A DNA stretch of 12,549 nucleotides from a virus (Duplodnaviria; Heunggongvirae; Uroviricota; Caudoviricetes), in IMG/VR virus record IMGVR_UViG_2585427728_000006, positions 1 to 12,549 of that record; one strand, 5' to 3'. The notes under the pieces are model-generated. The model was not told the DNA's origin. It saw nothing but the letters and a program-made list of their open reading frames with translations, and did not search any database. Shown in pieces: positions 1-6,116 of the stretch (position 1 is its first letter; the number at the start of each line of letters is the position of its first letter). The position numbers and the translations under genes were made by a program.

Positions 1-1362
1 ATGTTTAAACCGGAACTCCTTTCCCCGGCGGGAACGCTGAAAAATATGCGTTACGCTTTCGCTTATGGCGCAGATGCTGTTTATGCGGGCCAGCCGCGTT
101 ACTCCCTGCGTGTGCGCAACAACGAATTCAACCACGAAAATCTTCAGCTCGGCATCAATGAAGCCCACGCGCTGGGGAAAAAGTTTTATGTCGTGGTCAA
201 CATTGCACCGCACAACGCCAAGCTGAAAACCTTTATCCGTGACCTGAAACCGGTGGTGGAAATGGGGCCGGATGCGCTGATTATGTCCGATCCAGGGCTG
301 ATTATGCTGGTGCGTGAGCACTTCCCTGAAATGCCGATCCACCTCTCGGTGCAGGCTAACGCCGTAAACTGGGCGACGGTGAAATTCTGGCAGCAAATGG
401 GCCTGACCCGCGTGATCCTCTCTCGCGAGCTGTCGCTGGAAGAGATTGAAGAGATCCGCAATCAGGTGCCGGATATGGAGATCGAGATCTTCGTTCACGG
501 CGCACTGTGCATGGCCTACTCCGGTCGCTGCCTGCTCTCTGGCTATATCAACAAGCGCGATCCGAACCAGGGTACCTGCACCAACGCCTGCCGCTGGGAG
601 TACAACGTCCAGGAAGGGAAAGAAGATGACGTTGGCAACATCGTACACAAGTACGAGCCGATTCCGGTGCAAAATGTTGAGCCGACGCTGGGTATCGGCG
701 CGCCAACCGACAAAGTGTTTATGATCGAAGAAGCCCAGCGTCCGGGCGAGTATATGACCGCGTTTGAAGATGAGCACGGCACTTACATCATGAACTCGAA
801 AGATCTGCGCGCCATCGCCCATGTAGAACGCCTGACCAAAATGGGCGTGCATTCGCTGAAAATCGAAGGCCGTACTAAATCTTTCTACTATTGCGCACGC
901 ACCGCACAGGTTTACCGTAAAGCTATCGATGACGCCGCTGCGGGCAAACCGTTCGATACCAGCCTGCTGGAAACTCTGGAAGGTCTGGCGCATCGTGGCT
1001 ATACCGAAGGTTTCCTGCGTCGTCATACTCACGACGATTATCAGAACTACGAATACGGTTATTCAGTTTCTGACCGCCAGCAGTTTGTTGGTGAGTTTAC
1101 CGGTGAGCGCAAGGGGGACCTCGCGGCGGTAGCGGTGAAAAATAAATTCTCCGTTGGCGACAGCCTTGAGCTGATGACGCCGCAAGGCAACATTAACTTT
1201 ACCCTTGAGCACATGGAAAACGCCAAAGGTGAAGCGATGCCGGTCGCACCAGGCGATGGTTATACTGTGTGGCTCCCGGTCCCGCAGGATCTTGAGCTCA
1301 ATTACGCTCTGCTGATGCGTAATTTCTCCGGGGAAACCACGCGTAACCCACACGGTAAGTGA
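1..1362 (+). CDS. yegQ: U32-family peptidase-like protein YegQ (tRNA hydroxylation protein TrhP)
   Basis: Full-length 453-aa ORF starting MFKPELLSPAGT, matching recalled E. coli YegQ; stop TGA at 1360-1362; followed by cyaR as in E. coli. Confidence 0.9.
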   Translation: MFKPELLSPAGTLKNMRYAFAYGADAVYAGQPRYSLRVRNNEFNHENLQLGINEAHALGKKFYVVVNIAPHNAKLKTFIRDLKPVVEMGPDALIMSDPGLIMLVREHFPEMPIHLSVQANAVNWATVKFWQQMGLTRVILSRELSLEEIEEIRNQVPDMEIEIFVHGALCMAYSGRCLLSGYINKRDPNQGTCTNACRWEYNVQEGKEDDVGNIVHKYEPIPVQNVEPTLGIGAPTDKVFMIEEAQRPGEYMTAFEDEHGTYIMNSKDLRAIAHVERLTKMGVHSLKIEGRTKSFYYCARTAQVYRKAIDDAAAGKPFDTSLLETLEGLAHRGYTEGFLRRHTHDDYQNYEYGYSVSDRQQFVGEFTGERKGDLAAVAVKNKFSVGDSLELMTPQGNINFTLEHMENAKGEAMPVAPGDGYTVWLPVPQDLELNYALLMRNFSGETTRNPHGK

Positions 1363-1392
1363 TTAATTTCGATTATTTTTCCCGGATGGAAA

Positions 1393-1446
1393 ATTCTTAG
1401 AAACCGATCACATACAGCTGCATTTATTAAGGTTATCATCCGTTTC
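1393..1446 (+). promoter_or_regulatory. cyaR promoter region with putative CRP site (TTAGA-N6-TCACA, 1396-1411) and -10-like TATCAT (1434-1439)
   Basis: Half-site TCACA is perfect, left half-site is degenerate; spacing to the inferred cyaR 5' end fits a CRP-activated promoter. cyaR is known to be CRP-dependent. Exact positions not verified. Confidence 0.45.
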
Positions 1447-1533
1447 GCTGAAAAACATAACCCATAAAATGCTAGCTGTACCAGGAACCACCTCCTTAGC
1501 CTGTGTAATCTCCCTTACACGGGCTTATTTTTT
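1447..1533 (+). ncRNA. cyaR: Hfq-dependent small RNA CyaR (RyeE)
   Basis: Sequence GCTGAAAAACATAACCCATAAAATGCTAGCTGTACCAGGAACCACCTCCTTAGCCTGTGTAATCTCCCTTACACGGGCTTATTTTTT matches recalled cyaR; lies between yegQ and ogr as in E. coli K-12; ends in a U-tract. Confidence 0.85.
1507..1533. repeat. P2-type att core, left copy (prophage/chromosome junction next to ogr)
   Basis: 27-bp AATCTCCCTTACACGGGCTTATTTTTT, identical to 12046-12072; its reverse complement AAAAAATAAGCCCGTGTAAGGGAGATT matches the recalled P2 att core; overlaps the cyaR 3' end. Confidence 0.85.
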
Positions 1534-1595
1534 ACGTACAACAAATTGAAATAAAAGGATTTATTTCTGGTCACGTCCACACATTGACCACATCG

Positions 1596-1630
1596 ACAAA
1601 AAAGCCCCTCGACTGAGGGGCTTTCTGTTT
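1596..1630 (-). terminator. Rho-independent terminator downstream of ogr (hairpin usable on both strands)
   Basis: Stem GCCCCTC (1604-1610) / GAGGGGC (1615-1621) with 4-nt loop, flanked by an A-run upstream and T-rich run downstream, so a T-tract follows the hairpin on either strand. Confidence 0.55.
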
Positions 1631-1634
1631 GTAA

Positions 1635-1853
1635 TTACATCCACATAATTTGCTGCCCTGACGGCAAGGGGTGCGGCCTCACGGCGTGGACTTCTCCCGG
1701 CTTCACGATGTATCGCTGTACCGACTCATAAGTGATGAACGTGGCGCTGCAATTCACGTTCTGACACTGGTGATAACGCTCTTTTGTCGTGTCAGTGATA
1801 TAGCGACTTGTACGCGCATGTGCGGCATGCTGGCATAAAGGACAATGAAACAT
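1635..1853 (-). CDS. ogr: P2-type late gene transcriptional activator Ogr (zinc-finger)
   Basis: 72-aa product from ATG at 1853: MFHCPLCQHAAHARTSRYITDTTKERYHQCQNVNCSATFITYESVQRYIV..., matching recalled P2 Ogr/OgrK with the C-x2-C...C-x4-C zinc motif. The 93-aa ORF-track version is an upstream extension. Confidence 0.9.
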   Translation of the reverse strand: MFHCPLCQHAAHARTSRYITDTTKERYHQCQNVNCSATFITYESVQRYIVKPGEVHAVRPHPLPSGQQIMWM

Positions 1854-1934
1854 CGCGAGCACCTCTTCCGGTTTTGTTGATGGTGCCATTTTAGTTAATT
1901 TACCCTTATAAAACAAACAGATAAAAACAAAATA

Positions 1935-2189
1935 TTACTCATCACCTTCTGTTTCGTACTCCACATCAGAAAGCCTGACCTCAAGCTCTAAGGACGTCGT
2001 GAAGCCGCTGTTATTCAGAAAATGTGTCACTTTAGTGATTGTCCAGTCCTGCTCGTCTATGACGCGCTTAAAGCCTGACACTTTAACCGGTGTTTCCGTG
2101 TAAATATCTGCCCGACCAGTAGCCAGGCTGATGGAGAACTCCGCTACACCCCGTTGCAGCTTATCCCACTTCGCCTGAGCGGCACGCAT
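1935..2189 (-). pseudogene. C-terminal fragment of P2 gpD-like tail protein (yegZ-like remnant)
   Basis: 84-aa ORF ending ...TTSLELEVRLSDVEYETEGDE resembles the C-terminus of P2 gpD (about 387 aa in P2). Same frame stays open upstream to about 2312 with no plausible start, so the N-terminal roughly 70 percent of D is missing. Confidence 0.75.
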
Positions 2190-3135
2190 GGCCTGTGCTT
2201 TCGTGGCATATACCGTGGTCAGGGCAAAAACGTTATCAGCCTCACCGGCCAGATGGTATGAGCCACCGGTCAGCTTTACCGGTCTGGCAAAAAGCCTGCG
2301 TGCTGCCGTGCATCACAGCTCACCGATTTACGTCAAACGTAATATTCTGGCCTCGACATTTATCCCGCATCCGTGGCTTTCCCAGCAGGATTTCAGCCGC
2401 TTTGCGCTGGATTTTCTGGTGTTCGGTAATGCGTTTCTGGAAAAGCGTTACAGCACCACCGGTAAGGTCATCAGACTGGAACCCTCACCGGCAAAATATC
2501 CCCGCCGTGGCGTGGAGGAGAATGTTTACTGGTGGGTGCCGTCCTTCAACGAGCCGACACCTTTCGCGCCCGGCTCCGTGTTTCATCTGCTGGAGCCGGA
2601 TATTAATCAGGAGCTGTACGGCATGCCGGAATATCTCAGCGCCCTTAACTCTGCCTGGCTGAATGAGTCAGCCACGCTGTTCCGCCGCAAGTATTACGAA
2701 AACGGCGCACATGCCGGATACATCATGTACGTCACTGATGCCGTGCAGGATCGCAACGATATCGAAATGCTTCGCGAAAACATGGTCAAGTCGAAAGGCC
2801 GCAACAACTTTAAAAATCTGTTTCTCTATGCCCCGCAGGGAAAAGCCGACGGCATTAAAATTATCCCGCTCAGTGAAGTGGCAACGAAGGACGATTTTTT
2901 TAATATCAAAAAAGCCAGCGCCGCTGACCTGCTGGACGCGCACCGCATCCCCTTTCAGTTGATGGGCGGCAAGCCGGAGAACGTCGGGTCGCTGGGTGAT
3001 ATTGAGAAAGTGGCAAAGGTCTTTGTCCGCAATGAGCTTATCCCGTTACAGGACAGGATCCGCGAGATAAACGGCTGGCTCGGTCAGGAGGTCATCCGCT
3101 TTAAAAACTACTCACTGGACACTGACAACGGCTGA
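2188..3135 (+). pseudogene. N-terminally truncated P2-like portal protein gpQ
   Basis: ORF product resembles P2-family portal protein and ends next to cos, as Q does in P2. Frame opens only at 2179 and the first ~40 codons overlap the D fragment on the opposite strand, so the genuine Q part probably begins near 2314 and lacks its N-terminus (P2 Q is about 344 aa). No P gene or late promoter upstream. Confidence 0.75.
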
Positions 3136-3140
3136 ACATC

Positions 3141-3162
3141 GCCGCCTGCGGGCGGCTTTTTT
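3141..3162 (+). terminator. Rho-independent terminator after Q remnant
   Basis: GC hairpin GCCGCC-TGCG-GGCGGC (3141-3156) followed by TTTTTT (3157-3162), 5 nt after the Q stop codon. Confidence 0.6.
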
Positions 3163-3304
3163 ACACCCAGTCATCACGCCCTCACACGCTCACCACCGCA
3201 CAAAACAGCCCGCAGACACAGCAACGCCCCGGCGCAAAATCTAAACGCCGCCACGACGCGCTCAGACGCTGAAAAAATAAAATCAGCACCCCCGCCAGCG
3301 CGCA

Positions 3305-3323
3305 GTGCTTTCCCCGCCTCGCC
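3305..3323 (-). other. P2-type cos site (19-nt cohesive-end sequence)
   Basis: GTGCTTTCCCCGCCTCGCC is the reverse complement of GGCGAGGCGGGGAAAGCAC, the recalled P2 cohesive end; adjacent sequence toward Q also resembles the P2 left end. Confidence 0.75.
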
Positions 3324-3653
3324 CGCCCGCTTCATGGGGCGGTTTTGATGCAATACATGAGCATCGTAATGCCATATCGTGACAGGATTATAGAACATGA
3401 AGGTATACTAACTTACACATGCAAAAAAACGCACACTCAGGCATTCTCTTTGGAATACAATATGGTAAAAATATGATCATTTGAAGCTGCATATCCGTGC
3501 AGATTGAAATCAATGATGCTGCCCCTTCGTTAAGACAGCCAGGCCGCAATCTCTTGAGCTCAAGTGGACATCTAAGACAGAAAAACAATTTAAAGGCAAA
3601 GTTTTCGTAATGGTATCTTTGTCACAGCACACGCTAAAAAGGAACTAAACCTC

Positions 3654-4718
3654 ATGAGCACTCAGCAAGTCCTCAACATCCCTACAGCCGTATCGCAAGC
3701 GACCATCGAAAAATGGTTGAAAGGACTGGAACAGACAACGGAATTAGCCTTTTTTCGCCGTGTTGGCGGGCGGCATGGCTTCAATGTTACGAGCCGCTGG
3801 GCAAGTACATTGGATAACTTGAATAAAACTCTGAATGACCCATCGAAGCAAGGTACGCCTGCAAACTTTTCAAATCTCCGTTTGATTACGTTAAAAATAA
3901 TCACTAGCGTAAACCATTATTATTCAATTGATGGTATTAAATCAGGAACCATTAATTTAATACCAAATATAATCAACTACCCTCACCTCGATAAAACATT
4001 TAGCTCAGTATTTCCAATAAAACTTGATGATAATACAGGACTTCCTTCGACTCCTGGGCATTTCATTACTTCCATCGAAAAAATGGGGGATGGTATTGCT
4101 GTAATATATTCCTATATTATTTTAAGAAAAATCCAAGGAAGGAGTAAGCTACGTAGCAATCAATATCCAGAGCAGTACTTCAACACTGTTTTCATCCCTA
4201 ATGATTTAAGCCGTATAGAATATCGGGTTGATAAATCACTAGGTAAAAGAGCGTCTGAAAAAGCGATGGCAGATTTGCGCGCAAAATTTAATGAATTACT
4301 CGTGGAACTTAATATTAAGTTAGCTGTTGAAACTATAAATTTCTACAAAGCAATTTCCAATATTTACCTTGACAAACAATATGGAAGACTTGTTCAGGTT
4401 AATTTCCTTGATCCAAATGGAGATGAGGATGCTGTTCTTCGTTGCAGAACAGACCCCAATTATGATGCCCGTTATCGCGAGGTTGTATCTAAAACTCAGA
4501 ACGGAACACCTCGCTCATTGACCCTTGAAGTTTCTGGCGTTGCAGTGCGATTAGATAGTAAAGTTGCAAACGAAACAATTTCAAATGAAATTGGTTTTGA
4601 ACCCAGCAAAACTGATTGGTCTACAAACAAATTTTGTGGGGATTTTTATTTTACACAAACAGCAGATCATCAGGTGCATTATGGGGTGATAAATGATTTA
4701 CTCACAAGAGCGAAATAA
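3654..4718 (+). CDS. Hypothetical protein, cargo gene 1 of cos-proximal three-gene operon (354 aa, no recognisable family)
   Basis: ATG at 3654 with AAGGA about 10 nt upstream; long ORF in a strongly AT-rich block; first gene of a co-directional tightly packed trio. No Walker A, RT, TIR or Old-like motifs seen. Confidence 0.75.
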   Translation: MSTQQVLNIPTAVSQATIEKWLKGLEQTTELAFFRRVGGRHGFNVTSRWASTLDNLNKTLNDPSKQGTPANFSNLRLITLKIITSVNHYYSIDGIKSGTINLIPNIINYPHLDKTFSSVFPIKLDDNTGLPSTPGHFITSIEKMGDGIAVIYSYIILRKIQGRSKLRSNQYPEQYFNTVFIPNDLSRIEYRVDKSLGKRASEKAMADLRAKFNELLVELNIKLAVETINFYKAISNIYLDKQYGRLVQVNFLDPNGDEDAVLRCRTDPNYDARYREVVSKTQNGTPRSLTLEVSGVAVRLDSKVANETISNEIGFEPSKTDWSTNKFCGDFYFTQTADHQVHYGVINDLLTRAK

Positions 4719-5127
4719 AAAAATGCGCTCATTAGTGTATAAACAAAGAGTACTCCTGGAGAATGCCGGAAGCTCTTCTGTTTTCATAAATAATGATTCT
4801 CACATATATTATACAAATTTACTAGAATATGTAGAGGGTGATCTTGATCGTAATATTTATACAATCCCAGTATTACGAAAAGCCATAAAAACTGACAATT
4901 ATGAACATTTGCTACGAGTTGTTCAATTTTTTAGTAGCAATACCTCTTGTTTATTTAACGTTAAATATTGCTACGAACTAGAAAACATGGAGTTTGAGGA
5001 CATACAAGCTGATGAATATACCAACTATATATTAAACGGAGTTGAACCTGTAACTGCCAATGGTTCTGAAATTGAAGACTTCAATCCAAAATATCTTTCA
5101 TTTTATTGCATAATAAACCTGGATTGA
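4693..5127 (+). CDS. Hypothetical small acidic protein, cargo gene 2 (144 aa; alternative start at 4723 gives 134 aa)
   Basis: ATG at 4693 preceded by GGGGTG; overlaps gene 1 by 26 nt; stop TGA 5125-5127 lies 5 nt before the gene 3 ATG. Asp/Glu-rich, no recognisable motif. Confidence 0.6.
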   Translation: MIYSQERNKKMRSLVYKQRVLLENAGSSSVFINNDSHIYYTNLLEYVEGDLDRNIYTIPVLRKAIKTDNYEHLLRVVQFFSSNTSCLFNVKYCYELENMEFEDIQADEYTNYILNGVEPVTANGSEIEDFNPKYLSFYCIINLD

Positions 5128-5132
5128 CTGTC

Positions 5133-5981
5133 ATGAACAAACAACAAATCACATGTGAGTTAGGCAAAAGGGTTCATTTTGAAGATGAAGCGAGTTTTAT
5201 TGAAACATTATACTCGGATATAGAAGTCATAATAAAACTAATGGAGCAATCTAGTGACAAGTATTATTGTGATGATGAAGATAAACTAAGCCATACAATT
5301 GTAGCCTCTCTTGTACACCTAGGTTACGATGCAACCGAACAAACAAAAAAAAATGGAAGTGTGGACATAACCGTTCGTCCGAAAAATGGAGGATATACAT
5401 GGATTGCTGAAGCAAAAATCGGATACGGGAACCAAAAAATATTCGAGGGGCTACTTCAGTTGCTTACTCGCTATGTTAAAAGAGATAATCATGCAGGCAT
5501 GGTTATCTATTATCAAAAATCAAAGTCATCTTATCATTTCAAACAATGGCTGAAATACATATACAACCATGAGTGGAAGGATTATTGTACAAAGAAAGGG
5601 TCATTAAAAAAAGCGACTCCGCTACTTTCTCATTTAAAAAGTACGGTTTGTCCGAAAGTCAAACAAGGCTGTTGTTATGCTGACATTGATGTCATCCAAC
5701 CTTCGACTGATGGTCTAAAACTTCGCTGCTTCTATATTGACGTGCATCATGACCCAATTGACAGTAGTGGTTTAAAGAATAAGTCAATCGCCTTTGGTCA
5801 AGCCCAAAATAGAATTAGAGATTTATATCACTTATGGAAGACAGGACAGTTCGACGGCAGTATGATAGATGAATTATTTGAAGAAATAAAAATATATCAT
5901 AGCAATGAACTTGACGAAGAATATGAAGATGAAGATGAAGATGAAGATGAAGATGAAGATTCGAATATAAACTCAAAATGA
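5133..5981 (+). CDS. Hypothetical protein with PD-(D/E)xK nuclease-like signature and poly-(Glu-Asp) C-terminal tail, cargo gene 3
   Basis: ATG at 5133 (the ORF-track start at 5106 is TTG). Contains GSVDITV...(14 aa)...WIAEAKIG, i.e. D78 and E93-x-K95, a spacing typical of PD-(D/E)xK cores; C-terminus EYEDEDEDEDEDEDSNINSK. Confidence 0.7.
   Translation: MNKQQITCELGKRVHFEDEASFIETLYSDIEVIIKLMEQSSDKYYCDDEDKLSHTIVASLVHLGYDATEQTKKNGSVDITVRPKNGGYTWIAEAKIGYGNQKIFEGLLQLLTRYVKRDNHAGMVIYYQKSKSSYHFKQWLKYIYNHEWKDYCTKKGSLKKATPLLSHLKSTVCPKVKQGCCYADIDVIQPSTDGLKLRCFYIDVHHDPIDSSGLKNKSIAFGQAQNRIRDLYHLWKTGQFDGSMIDELFEEIKIYHSNELDEEYEDEDEDEDEDEDSNINSK
5925..5960 (+). repeat. Perfect hexanucleotide tandem repeat (GAAGAT)x6 inside gene 3
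   Basis: Six exact tandem copies of GAAGAT, in frame, encoding (Glu-Asp)6. Confidence 0.95.
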
Positions 5982-5994
5982 ACACCAAGAATCA

Positions 5995-6028
5995 CCCCAT
6001 TAAGTTTAGACATCCTAACTTGATGGGG
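5995..6028. terminator. Putative hairpin between convergent cargo gene 3 and A
   Basis: CCCCATTAAG (5995-6004) pairs with CTTGATGGGG (6019-6028) with one G-U position and a 14-nt loop; no strong T-tract on either strand, so function is uncertain. Confidence 0.3.
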
Positions 6029-6116
6029 AATTGACTTTTAAGTCTGTAACCCTAGCCATCAAAAATAGATTCATTTTAAATAAAAATATATCCGTTACGC
6101 CCCAAAAAAAATTGAA

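Noticed and set aside
186-1353. Five ORF-track entries (67-96 aa) inside yegQ on other frames or the opposite strand
   Set aside because: Fully embedded in a well-supported conserved gene; no independent start signals.
1854-1916. N-terminal extension of ogr to 93 aa, and similar upstream-extended versions of A (8429), orf80 (9432), orf81 (9178), orf78 (10154), C (10466) and cargo gene 3 (5106)
   Set aside because: The upstream starts are TTG or GTG or lack an RBS, whereas internal ATGs give products matching P2 protein lengths and have better SDs or stop/start overlaps.
2195-2962. ORFs 2195-2662 (+), 2663-2962 (+) and 2668-2943 (-) within the portal remnant
   Set aside because: Alternative frames of the Q remnant; the Q-frame translation is the one with phage-protein character.
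3174-3588. Minus-strand ORFs 3174-3398 and 3388-3588
   Set aside because: They span the cos site and non-coding cos-flanking sequence; no SD, and they read as low-complexity Ala/Gly/Arg-rich translation of GC-rich DNA.
3662-3904. Minus-strand 80-aa ORF inside cargo gene 1
   Set aside because: Antisense to a much longer ORF with a good RBS; likely spurious.
3654-5981. Cargo operon being P2 old/tin, a retron or a known toxin-antitoxin pair
   Set aside because: Gene 1 lacks the Old-type ATPase/TOPRIM features; no RT motifs or obvious structured ncRNA upstream; sizes and motifs do not fit families I can recognise. This rests on recall, not a database search.
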